Source of the DNA: Gekko japonicus
Taxonomy: Eukaryota
Assembly (NCBI RefSeq): GCF_001447785.1
Contig: NW_015171600.1
Span: forward strand, 34,306-98,305
Direction: 5' to 3'
Length of the DNA stretch: 64,000 bases
The position numbers and the translations under genes were made by a program. How positions within the stretch are numbered: position 1 is the first letter of the stretch; every line of letters starts with the position of its first letter. Under the pieces are notes generated by a model. That model was given only the letters and a program-made list of their open reading frames with translations. It did no database searches and had not been told where the DNA came from. Of the stretch, positions 9,619 through 20,955 are shown one piece after another.

Positions 9619-12600
9619 AAGAACATAAGAACATAAGAGATGCCAATGTTGGATCAGGCCAAAGACCCATCCAGTCCAACACTCTGTATCACACAGTGGC
9701 CAGAAATACCAGTGCCATCAGGAGGTCCACCAGTGGGGCCAGGACATTAGAAGCCCTCCCACTGTTGACCCCCCCCAAGCACCAAGATGACAGAGCATCA
9801 CTTGCCCCAGAGTCCCTATCTATACCTTGTGGCTAATAGCCACTGATGGACCTCTGCTCCATATGCTTATCTAATTCCCTTTTGAAGCCGTCCATGCTTG
9901 TAGCTGCCACCACTTCCTGTGGCAGTGAATTCCAAGTGTTAATCACTCTTTGGGTGAAGAAGTACTTCCTTTTATCCGTTCTAACCCGACCGCTCAGCAA
10001 TTTCATGGAGTGCCCACGGGTTCTTGTATTGTGAGAAAGGGAGAAAAGTACCTCTTTCTCTACCTGCTCTTTCCCATGCATAATCTTATAAACCTCAATC
10101 ATGTCACCCCTCAGTCGTCGTTTCTCCAAGCTAAAGAGCCCTAAGCGCCTTAACCGTTCCTCATAGGGAAAGTGTTCCAACCCTTTTATCATTCGAGTTG
10201 CTCTTTTCTGCACTTTTTCCAAAGCTATAATATCCTTTTTAAGGTGTGGTGACCAGAATTGCACACAGTATTCCAGATGAGGTCGCACCATTGATTTATA
10301 TAGCGGCATTATGATATTGGCTGATCTGTTTACAATACCCTTCCTAATAATCCCCAGCATAGCATTGGCCTTCTTTATTGCAGTCACACACTGTCTCGAC
10401 ATTTTCAGTGAGTTATCTACTACAACTCCAAGATCTCTCTCTTGATCTGTCTCTGCCAGTTCAGACCCCATCAACGTGTATTTATAGTTAGGATTTTTGG
10501 CTCCAATGTGCATCACCTTGCACTTGGCCACATTGAACCCCATTTGCCATGTTGACGCCCACTCGCCCAACTTTGACAGATCCCTTTGGAGTGCCTCACA
10601 ATCCTCACTGGTTTTCACCACCCTGAACAACTTCGTATCATCCGCAAATTTAGCCACTTCACTGCTTACTCCCAACTCCAAATCATTAATGAACAAGTTA
10701 AAAAGCAGTGGACCAAGTACTGATCCCTGTGGTACCCCACTGCTTACACCCCTCCACTGGGAGAACTGCCCATTTATACTCACTCTCTGTTTTCTATTAA
10801 TTAGCCAGTTTTTGATCCATAAAAGGACTTGTCCTTTTATCCCATGATTTTTGAGCTTGCTTAGGAGCCTTTGATGAGGAACTTTATCAAAAGCTTTCTG
10901 GAAGTCAAGGTAAACAATATCTATTGGATCCCCCTTGTCCACATGTTTGTTCACCCCCTCAAAGAACATTAACAGGTTAGTGAGACAAGATCTTCCCTTA
11001 CAGAACCCATGTTGAGTCTGCCTCAATAGGTTTTGTTCATCTATGTGCCTACTAATTCTTTCCTTAATAATGGTTTCCACCAATTTACCCGGTATCGACG
11101 TCAGACTGACAGGCCTGTAATTTCCCGGATCTCCTCTGGAACCCTTTTTAAAGATGGGAGTGACATTAGCTACCTTCCAGTCCTCAGGAATGGAGGCTGA
11201 TTTTAAGGAGAGATTACATATTTTTGTCAGGAGATCCACAAGTTCACAATTGAGTTCTTTCAGAACTCTTGGATGTATGCCATCTGGGCCTGGTGATTTA
11301 TCAGTTTTTAAGTTGTTTATCAGTTTTAGGACCTCCTCTCTCGTCACCTCAATCTGACTCAGGTCTTTCAACACCCCTCCCGAACTCAGCGGCTCTGGAG
11401 TGGGCAAGCACCTCTCATCTTCCACAGTGAAGACGGAGGCAAAAAATGCATTTAGCTTCTCAGCCATTTCCCTATCATCCTTCAGTACTCCTTTTACCCC
11501 TTGGTCATCCAAGGGCCCCACTGCCTCCCTGGCTGGTTTCCTGTTTCTAATGTATTTGAAGAAAGTTTTATTGTTGGTTTTTACGTTTTTTGCTATATGC
11601 TCCTCATATTCCCTTTTTGCCTGCCTGACCACAGACTTGCATTTTATTTGCCATAGCCTGTGTTCTGTTTTATCAGCCTCACTGTGACTAGCTTTCCACC
11701 GCTTAAAGGAATCCTTTTTACCTTTTACAGCTTCCATTACTTTGTTTGTTAACCATGTAGGCTTTTTCTTATACCTGTTTGTGCCTTTCCTAACCTGCGG
11801 AATATATTTTATTTGAGCTTCTAGAATTGTAGTTTTAAACAGTTTCCAAGCTTCCCCAATGGTTTTGACCCTTTCTACTTTTCCCTTCAGTTTCCTCCCC
11901 ACATGTCCCCTCATATCAGAAAAATTACCCCTTTTAAAGTTAAAAGTGGTTGTGTGAGTCTTTTTGGCCAATTCCCTATTTGTACAAATGTTGAACTCAA
12001 CAACATTATGATCACTGTTCCCAAGCGGTGCAATCACTTTTACATCTCTCACCAGGTCTTGAGTGTTACTTAGGACCAAATCAAGGATCGCCTCTCCCCT
12101 GGTAGGTTCCATGACCATCTGCTCCATAGCACAGTCATTTAGATTGTCTAGAAACTCAATCTCTTTCTCTCGACTAGAACACATATTGACCCAATCAATG
12201 TGTGGGTAGTTAAAATCACCTATTATGACACAGTGTTTTTGTCTAGCTGCTATATTTAATTCATTCATCATTTTATAATCCTCCTCTATCTTTTGATCTG
12301 GTGGGCGATAGCAAACTCCCAGTGTTAAGTTTCCTTTTGGCCCCCCTATTTCAACCCACAGAACTTCCAGAAGCAAATCCAATTCTCTTAGCCTCTCAAT
12401 CTTTCTGGACTTTATACCCTCTCTGACATACAGAGCCACCCCACCCCCACCCCTTCCCCCCCTATCCTTCCGATATGTATCCCACTGATTATCCTCATCC
12501 CACCAAGTTTCTGAAATACCTACAATGTCTATTTTTCCCTCCGACACCAAGCACTCCAACTCCCCAATTTTACCTCGGGCACTTCTAGCATTTGTATAGA

Positions 12601-12713
12601 AACAGCTGTAATTTCCCATACTGGTTAAGCCTGCCTCCTTCCTCTTGCTATCTCGAGACCTTGTCAGGCAGTCCATGTCACTAGCCATGGTCTCAGTGGA
12701 CAATTTCAATCCG
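9619..12713 (-). mobile_element. CR1 LINE, 5'-truncated just upstream of ORF2
   Basis: Complete ORF2, 3' UTR and an octamer tail (ATGTTCTT)n; no ORF1. Confidence 0.95.
9833..12709 (-). CDS. CR1 ORF2: APE endonuclease plus reverse transcriptase
   Basis: 958-codon ORF with TNARS, SETWW, YRPP, GDFN, SDH (endonuclease) and NYRPVSLTS, GVPQGSVLGP, FADD (RT). The true start codon is uncertain. Confidence 0.92.
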   Translation of the reverse strand: MKLSTETMASDMDCLTRSRDSKRKEAGLTSMGNYSCFYTNARSARGKIGELECLVSEGKIDIVGISETWWDEDNQWDTYRKDRGGRGGGGVALYVREGIKSRKIERLRELDLLLEVLWVEIGGPKGNLTLGVCYRPPDQKIEEDYKMMNELNIAARQKHCVIIGDFNYPHIDWVNMCSSREKEIEFLDNLNDCAMEQMVMEPTRGEAILDLVLSNTQDLVRDVKVIAPLGNSDHNVVEFNICTNRELAKKTHTTTFNFKRGNFSDMRGHVGRKLKGKVERVKTIGEAWKLFKTTILEAQIKYIPQVRKGTNRYKKKPTWLTNKVMEAVKGKKDSFKRWKASHSEADKTEHRLWQIKCKSVVRQAKREYEEHIAKNVKTNNKTFFKYIRNRKPAREAVGPLDDQGVKGVLKDDREMAEKLNAFFASVFTVEDERCLPTPEPLSSGGVLKDLSQIEVTREEVLKLINNLKTDKSPGPDGIHPRVLKELNCELVDLLTKICNLSLKSASIPEDWKVANVTPIFKKGSRGDPGNYRPVSLTSIPGKLVETIIKERISRHIDEQNLLRQTQHGFCKGRSCLTNLLMFFEGVNKHVDKGDPIDIVYLDFQKAFDKVPHQRLLSKLKNHGIKGQVLLWIKNWLINRKQRVSINGQFSQWRGVSSGVPQGSVLGPLLFNLFINDLELGVSSEVAKFADDTKLFRVVKTSEDCEALQRDLSKLGEWASTWQMGFNVAKCKVMHIGAKNPNYKYTLMGSELAETDQERDLGVVVDNSLKMSRQCVTAIKKANAMLGIIRKGIVNRSANIIMPLYKSMVRPHLEYCVQFWSPHLKKDIIALEKVQKRATRMIKGLEHFPYEERLRRLGLFSLEKRRLRGDMIEVYKIMHGKEQVEKEVLFSLSHNTRTRGHSMKLLSGRVRTDKRKYFFTQRVINTWNSLPQEVVAATSMDGFKRELDKHMEQRSISGY

Positions 12714-12999
12714 TCCTTGAAAAAGAGCAGTTTGTGTCAGAGTTCTCTCAGCCCCACCCACCTTACAGGGTGTTTGTTGTGGGGAGGGGAAGGGAAAGGA
12801 GTTTGTAAGCCGCTCTGAGACTCCAAGTGAAGGGCAGGATATAAATCCAATCTCTTCTTCTTCTAAATGACCAATAGTTGTAGGGGAGTGGTTTAGAATA
12901 ATGTGTTTATTCCTTTATCTATTTACTTAGTACTTTATATACACGACACTGCCATTTTTTTTCAAAAAATGCTGTTAATACTAATGTAATATGCTACCA

Positions 13000-15959
13000 C
13001 CAAGCTACAATTTTATCTCAGATAGTGCGGATGCTACAACCAGACCCTCAAACCTCTTGGATGCAAATAGAAGAAATATATACGAGCCCCTTCGCGATGC
13101 ATGCAATTTTCTGGATAGCACCAAACCAAAGGCCAAAATCAATAAAAAAATAACAACCTCTTAATGACAGCGATCCAAACTTGGGACCGGAAAAAGAAGC
13201 TCTTACCAGAAGGAGTGTCACAGCTGTCGGCGTTTACCCATCAAAATTGGTTTCCACCAGGGGCTTCCGGTTTGATCTCTGTGAATGGCGGTCACTTCTT
13301 TGGGAGCTCCCGAAGGTGACCCGCCCACGCACGGTAAAGAGAGGGAATCCGCCCAAGCGGAGACCCTGAGGAGCCTCAGGGAGAGGCTCTGATCCGGGGC
13401 GCACAGGGGTTGTGCCTCTTTACCGTCCGGATGGTCGGAAATTGAGGCTCACCCCATGCTCCAATGGCTCTTGCTGCGGCAGTGCCCCGCATGGGGACTA
13501 GCAGAGGCACCGGGTGTCACTGAGTGATGAAGCGAAGAAGTTAAAGCATGGAGAAAGTGATAAGCAGCTAATCGTGAGTTGGAGATTGAATTTAAAGTTA
13601 ACGGCATATAAGCACTCCATCCCCCGGGAAAGCGAAAGGGAGGAGGGAGGATTCCCCCCCCACTGAAGAAAGAGACTTGTTGAAAGCAGAAAGGAGGGGC
13701 GAGGTGGAGTTTGAAAAAAAATGTTACCTTTTGGGAGTGTCTTGAAAATGGAGAGGAGGGAGGGATCCCCAAGCTGCGCAGCACGAACTTTTAAAAAGTA
13801 AACAAAAGCTGAAAATGGCAGTGCTGAAAAAGTTTCTGGAGAAGCAGACAAAGAAGGTAGGAGCTGAAGCTGGATAGCATGGAAAGTGCTTATAATATTC
13901 AACAAAAAAAATGAATGAGACAGCCAAGACGGTGGATGAAATTGCAAAGAAATGTATGGTATCAACGGAAGAAATACAGAAAGTCAAGAAGAAGGTCAGT
14001 AAAGTGGAGAAACACCAAGAGAAGCAAGACAAGAAAATATTGATGCTGCAAATGGAAAAATCAAACTTGACGCTCCGCTTTCAAGGGCTGAAAGAATGTG
14101 AGAAGGAAGACCTCAGAGACATTTTGGCGAATGCTTTGGCACCACTGACTGGCAGTGAAGCGGAAAAAATAAAAGAAAAGATGGACTTGGCTTATAGAGC
14201 CTACTCCAACTATACAAAGAAAAATAATCTGCCAGCAGAAGTGGTCGTGAGATTTACCAAACAACAGAGATCAAATCTTAAAAGCAACGTCATCATCGCC
14301 TCTGAAAATTGGAGACCAGACTATTCGGATTTTGAAGGATGTTCCATTTGAAATTAGAATGAAAAGGAAGGAATATAAAGGGTTGACCATGTTCTTGAGA
14401 AATCATCAAATTAATTACAAATGGTTGGCGCTAGAAGGAATTGTATTTAAGTTTAAAGACAGAAGAGAGAAGATTGATTCCATCTTCAAGGCTCATGACT
14501 TTTTGAAGAAGCACGCCAGGGCAGAGGATGAGGCAGAACTCGCTAAATGGATGGCAGGAACAAGCGAGGATAGCAGCAGTTCAGAGGGAGAGGTGAAAGA
14601 CGAGGAAGACAAAGGAGCGGCTGGAGGTCCAAAGTATTTCCTGAGAGACAAAAAAGGGAAGCACCCCAATGCTTGAAGATTGGTTCGGAAAGCACACTAA
14701 AAGATAATACTAACCCCAAAGGGACACTACTAATACATTAATTGACCGATTTTGAAAGGTACAGAAGAAACGAAATCATCCAACTGATGAAGAAAACTTT
14801 GACTTTGACTTTACTAATAAAAGATTAACATACTAATTGCTAACATCACTCAACACTTTTCTCTGTCCCGCTATATACCCTCCCTATTTTTCTGTAATGT
14901 AAAAGCGAAAAAATTATCTCCTTTTTAGGAGAGGGAAAAAAATTGGTTTCCACCAGGCAAGACACAGGGGGCCTTCAAAAATTGGACAAAAGTGGGATTC
15001 AGGAGACCAATAGATCTAACTTACCAAAGCAAGATTCTGGACAAACAATACTTTGACAAAAAAATTTGGACCCAAACACAGTGGTATCAGTACCTCCAAT
15101 TGAAGAATCGTATTGAATCCCTGACAAATTAAAACATCAACTTCATTGGGAAGAAGAGTTGAATGTACAGTGGCAAGACTCAGACTGGAACATAATTTGG
15201 TCCTCACCTGCAAATAACTCACCGGTACACAACATCCACTTACAAACTTTTAAATTGACATCGAGATGGTATTTAACTCCACAACACCTACACAAAATAA
15301 AGGTAAATAATGATTCCAGATGTTGGAAAAAGTGCAGACAAGAAGGCACGTACCTCCACTGCTGGTGGGACTGCCCACAAATCAAACGGTTCTGGAAAGA
15401 CGTAACAGCCCAAATTAAGGAGATAACGTCTCAGGAAAATGCATTTAAACCAGAAGTCATACTCCTCCATAGATTGGATGATTCGATAGTAGACAACACT
15501 AGGGAGACTATCTCGACACTATTTGTGACAGCCAAATTGACAATAGCAGCAGGATGGAAATCACCCTCACCACCCTCTTTGGCAGTGTGGCATGATAAAT
15601 TATGGCAACAGTTCGTTATGGCCAAAATCGCGGACTCAATACAAAGAACACAACAGAGAAGCATAGCTTCACATATGAGATTTATTAAAACATGGTCACC
15701 GATACTAAATTATATGTCAAAGGAAGGAATACTCCTGACTAACACCGCATATCATAAGTGGTTACACCTGTGAGATATATTAAGTAATCAGATATGCTAA
15801 TAAGTTCTAACTCTGCACTTACACTCTGAATAACAATTACAATAAATATAAATGTCAACATTCCAAGGGGAACATACTGTACTGAGCAATGTAAAACAAA
15901 ATGTGTGTTATTTGTATATGTATTTTTCTGATTATAATAATAAAAATAAATTAAAAAAA
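13000..15959 (+). mobile_element. 5'-truncated L1-clade element (ORF2 C-terminus and 3' UTR), interrupted by a nested insertion
   Basis: ORF 15159-15773 has the Cys-rich CWKKC...HCWWDC motif; AATAAA and poly(A) follow. 17-bp TSD AATGTAATATGC(T/A)ACCA at 12983 and 15960. Confidence 0.88.
13261..14938 (+). mobile_element. ORF1-only L1-like retroelement (HAL1-like)
   Basis: 5' GGGCTTCCGG with a CpG-rich 5' UTR; frameshifted ORF1-like region ~13816-14676; ~260-bp 3' region; short A tail. 18-bp TSD AAAATTGGTTTCCACCAG at 13243 and 14939. Confidence 0.8.
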
Positions 15960-17674
15960 AATGTAATATGCAACCATTAAATGTTCATTATAAATCTGAT
16001 ACAAATTAAAATACTCAGAGTATGTTAGAGTGTTTAATCTATTCAGTATGAATGCAGGACAGGAGGAAGTATGCATACCGTACAATAATTTCTTTAAATG
16101 TGTTGATCTGGACACATGCTGATCATAAAGGACTTACTTCAACCACATACGAATCTGTAATCTATTATCTGTCACTTGTGCAGTGGTAAACAATGTCCTC
16201 TCAGTACAGCTACATCTTTAAATAAACACTGAGGAAGAAAAACAATCCCAGAAGTCTGCAAAGAAGATCTGCATGAGATTGTGAATGTTTAAGTCTAAGA
16301 AATGTGTCTTGTTTTCACAGATAAATAACAAATTGTCCACAATTAGGTGTATGTATCTAGGGACCAATGTGTCACCCATCCCTACATTTTCATAATGAAT
16401 TAAATATTTTCGTATAAATGAGAGAGGCCAAAGAGTTCTCCTACAGTTCAGAAATATGTTACTTGTTTGACCCCTTCCTGAGGCATCAGTGGATGGGGAG
16501 ACAGGATAGATCCAGGTACCGCAAACTGACCACATACCTGTTGAGGCACTCTCAGTATTCAACATCATCCCTTGAACTCATAGGCTGAATTTAAGGGAAG
16601 GGTGTGGCTGAGCATCTCTCTCTGCAAAGGCTAAATGCATTGGCAAAGAAAAGCAAGGTATGGGGAGAATATCAAGGCAAGCCTGGAACCAATGTAAGTC
16701 CATCTATCTATTGGCAAAACTCTTGGAAGCCTTTCCCAGCCAATTATCAACGTACCTTTATTTACCCCTCACTCTTCAGCTTTCCACCCCACCACCACCA
16801 CTTGCAGCCGCTACCATGCTCTGAAGCCCTGACAGCTACGTCACATTGGCTGTCATACAGGGGCCATCTCAGCAGGATATAAGGACACAGAGGCCAACAT
16901 TTTCTCCAGGGGAACTGATCTCTGCCATCTGGAAAGCAGTGGGGGGTGTAAAGTGGGGGGGGTTGGAAAGCTGAAGAGTGAGGGGGAAATAAAGGTACGT
17001 TGATAATTGGCTGGGAAAGAGATAGGGTTGTCAATTCCAGGTGGGAAATTCCTGGAGATTTGAGGGATGGAGCCTGGAGACTGTGAGGTTTCAGGAGGGG
17101 TGGAACCTCAGACAAGTACAATGCCATAGACTCCACCCTCCAAACCAGCCAGTCCCTCCTGAGGAACCATTGTTGCCAATATCCAGGTGGGAGCTGGAGA
17201 TCATTCAGACTTACAACTGCTCTCCAGGAGGGAGGGGGGAGGAGATGGAAAGCTGAAGTCAGAGGGGCAGATCAAGGTAGGTTGATGGTTGGCTTGGAAG
17301 GAGATAGGGTTGCCAGCTCCAGGTTGGGAAATTCCTGGAGATTTGAGGGGTAGCAGAGATCAGTTCCTCTGGAGAAAATGGTGGACTCTGTGTCATTATC
17401 CCCTGCTGAGGTTGCCACAGCAAATTGGCGCTGAGTGCCAAAGGCAACAATATTCATAAATTTGGCTAAAATGCAGTTGGTCTTACTGTGCTAAGTATCT
17501 ACTTAAGTTAGTTACAAAAAAATAATAATAATACAGCCGGGGGGGGGGATTCAGCATCCCTTGGCAGTTAACTGAGCTGAACTCTTGGGAGTAAGTTGCC
17601 AAGAACAGAATTATAAATTAAGCAACATCTCTGTCACACAGCCTTTATTATTATTAATATTATTTGACAGGCAT

Positions 17675-17878
17675 TTTTTGCCATGAAGTCACAGCTGAAT
17701 TATGGTGACCCCATAGGGTTTTCAATGCAAGAGAAATTCAGAGGTGATTTGCTATTTCTTGCCTCCATGTCGTCATCCTGGTATTCCTTGGAGGTCTCTC
17801 ATCCAAATATCAGCCAGACCTGACCCTGCTTAGCTTCCAAGATCTGATTAGATCAGTCTGGCAGGGGCTATCCAGGGC
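17675..17878 (-). mobile_element. 5S rRNA-derived SINE (SINE3-type)
   Basis: Minus strand reads GATCTTGGAAGCTAAGCAGGGTC...TTTGGATGAGAGACC (5S A and C boxes), followed by a non-5S body. Confidence 0.8.
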
Positions 17879-19226
17879 TGAGAGGAATTAGTGTATATTT
17901 GTATATACAGTATATTGTATATATGCAGTGCACATTGTAGCAAGCCCCACAGCAGCCTCTAAGGAATAGCACGGAAAAGGGATGCATGAACTTAAATAGT
18001 TGAAGAAGAAACAGAATCTGACTTTCTCTAATTTGTTTTGGGTTATAATTAATATTATTTCTCTGTAGTGTCACATCCATATGAAGAACTAATACTTGAC
18101 AACAGAATTTCTTCAAAAATGGAGACAGATAGGAAACCTGATGAAAAGGACTGGAAAACAAAAGGGACTACAAGGTATTCAATAACGTTTTGTGTCGGAA
18201 AATCAGTTGGTATTTAATGACTGCAGCACAACGCCAAAGATATTCCTCCCAGTCTTCTTTAAACTGTTACTGTACTATTGGGGAACCCCCAATCATTTTT
18301 TTATAAAGTAAAGCTACGGCATAGTTTCTCACTAATTGCTCCTCATTCATGGATACAGCCCTCCTTCATGCACTTATGGATCCGTGTCCATTTTAGAACT
18401 TCAGCTTATGAATACAAATGCCAAGCTTGGCAGTTTGTCTCCCAGAAACAGAAAGAGGCAAAGGGCATTCACACTTTTATTCAGAAGAAAATGGGCAGCT
18501 TGCAAGGGAAGTGGAGAGACAGAACATGTTCAAAACCTGGATTTATAGCAGAGAATAGTCGAAGGGAGTGGTTGTTGCTGTCTAAGGAGAAAAAAGAGAG
18601 AATTCAAAACATGCTTTCCCCCATTTGATTAGAAGGGGTGTCTGGGGTTACATTGTCTGAGATTCTTTGAGAGATGGCCTATGGGGAAGACAGAGTCCAC
18701 TCTTGGCTCCCAAGGGGGCCTGAACCTGAATTGCTGGGGAAAAGAGCCCTTTTAGTAACAATGGCCCTATGGACAATCAGAAATGGAATTTAGAGCTGGG
18801 GAAAATCCAGTTTGGGGTAGATCTCCCAGGGAGGCTGTGGAGAGGCTGTCTGGGTATGCAGAATCAGATTGAGTTAAAGTTAAAAAAGAACAAAAACCCC
18901 AAAGGATTAGGGCGGCTGGTGCTGACATGATTAAAGTCCTGCTTCTCTGGGTGACTCAGGATACCTGCTTTCATTGTTGTGAAACTGATCAGTTGAAACC
19001 TCTGAGAGGATGCAGCATTTATACATTATCAGCAAGGAAGAGTTAAGGTAATTCCCAGGCATCCAAGACAGATCCTTGACAGAAGCTGCAAGACTTTCCA
19101 GGATGTGTTTGCTACATTATTTTCTTGTACAATATGGCTAATTTAATTCCTTACAGATATAGAATGTATTTCACAATGGTGGACCCTAGTGACCAGTTTC
19201 CCTTGTCCAGTCTGTCAGGGTTACAG

Positions 19227-19508
19227 GAGAGCCAGTTTGGTGTAGTGGTTAGGAACACGGACTCTAATCTCGGAAAACTGGGTTTGATTCCCCACTCCTC
19301 CACGTGCAGCTGCCGGTGTTACCTTGGGTCAGTCATAAGTTCTTTCAGAGCTGTTCTCTCAAGGGCACTTCTCGAAAGAGCTCTCTGAGACCCACCTACC
19401 TTGCAGGGTGTTTGTTGTGGGGAGGGGAAGGCAAAGGGATTGTAATTTGCTCTGAGACTCCTTCAGGTAGTGAAATTGAGGTATAAATCCAATCTTTTCT
19501 TCTTCTTC
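19227..19508 (+). mobile_element. Full-length tRNA-derived SINE
   Basis: A and B boxes and a (TTC)n tail; empty site at ~8908. Confidence 0.9.
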
Positions 19509-19761
19509 CATGGGTGGGGGCCTCCCAAACAACTACACCTATTGGGACAGAGTTGTCTTTGCAACAATAGCCACTACTCGTGCAGCTAAAGTGTGGATAA
19601 GGGATCTGGAAACTGTCCACTGCTCCTCCCTCAATTTCCATTCTATAATTTACAAAATCGATGTGTACATAAGTTCAATAAATTCAAAGTCCCTCTGTGA
19701 CATTCAGTACAGTTCCAGATCAAGCATCCAGAGTCTATGTGCATGGAAGCTGTACAAGCTT

Positions 19762-20644
19762 TTGGTGTTCAGTCGCACAGTTGAGTCCGACTCTTTGCGA
19801 CCCCATTGACCACATCACACCAGGCCCTCCTGTCTTCCATTGTGCTACGGAGTTTGCTTAATTTCATGTTTGTTGCATCGACTACACTGTCTAACCATCT
19901 CATCCTTTGCCATCCACTTCTTCTTTTACCTTCAATCTTTCCCAGCATCAGGGTCTTCCCCAGTGAGTGCTCCCTTCTCATTTGATGGCCAAAACNNNNN
20001 NNNNNNNNNNNNNNNNNNNNNNNNNNNNNNNNNNNNNNNNNNNNNNNNNNNNNNNNNNNNNNNNNNNNNNNNNNNNNNNNNNNNNNNNNNNNNNNNNNNN
20101 NNNNNNNNNNNNNNNNNNNNNNNNNNNNNNNNNNNNNNNNNNNNNNNNNNNNNNNNNNNNNNNNNNNNNNNNNNNNNNNNNNNNNNNNNNNNNNNNNNNN
20201 NNNNNNNNNNNNNNNNNNNNNNNNNNNNNNNNNNNNNNNNNNNNNNNNNNNNNNNNNNNNNNNNNNNNNNNNNNNNNNNNNNNNNNNNNNNNNNNNNNNN
20301 NNNNNNNNNNNNNNNNNNNNNNNNNNNNNNNNNNNNNNNNNNNNNNNNNNNNNNNNNNNNNNNNNNNNNNNNNNNNNNNNNNNCCCCATTGACCACATCA
20401 CACCAGGCCCTCCTGTCTTCCATTGTGCTACGGAGTTTGCTTAATTTCATGTTTGTTGCATCGACTACACTGTCTAACCATCTCATCCTTTGCCATCCAC
20501 TTCTTCTTTTACCTTCAATCTTTCCCAGCATCAGGGTCTTCCCCAGTGAGTGCTCCCTTCTCATTTGATGGCCAAAACATTTGAGCTTCAGCTTCAGTAT
20601 CTGGCCTTCCAGGGAACAGACAGGATTGATTTCTTTTAGGATTG
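19762..20644 (-). mobile_element. BovB (RTE) 3' fragment, length inflated by a false gap
   Basis: Translation FGHQMRREHSLGKTLMLGKIEGKRR...MRWLD is typical of the BovB C-terminus. 8-bp TSD ACAAGCTT; empty site at ~9157. Confidence 0.88.
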
Positions 20645-20955
20645 ACAAGCTTAGGTCTGTGGAAACAAATATGTGGATGTTGGGCCATCCAGTTTCCCTA
20701 TGTGCAAACTGTCCCATTCGTTGCTCATTCCAAACAAGGTTATCTATTGGACTGAGATGGTCAAACAAGGAATCCTGAATAACCATTCATGGATATTAGT
20801 AGGTTCACAGTACAGTCAGAAGAACACTTCCCTGAGAGAAAACCCCATTGTATAGACAAGAGTAGGATTCTGAGGAGACCTGCTGAGGATTGTTCTCTAA
20901 AATGTTTCCTCTACTCATCTGTACAGGTAATCTGCAACCAGATATTGAGAGCAAA

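Larger units (their letters stand above)
9487..12864 (+). mobile_element. tRNA-derived SINE (Squam3-like, tentative) split by a CR1 insertion: 9487-9618 and 12714-12864
   Basis: The two halves join to match the uninterrupted SINE at 19227-19508. Confidence 0.85.

Noticed and set aside
13261-15959. A single L1 with ORF1 followed by ORF2
   Set aside because: Two nested TSD pairs show two separate insertions, and no endonuclease or RT lies between the ORFs.
17760-17878. 5S rRNA gene (also ~45235-45335)
   Set aside because: The 5' end is diverged, it is fused to a shared non-5S body and the copies are dispersed, so these are SINE heads.
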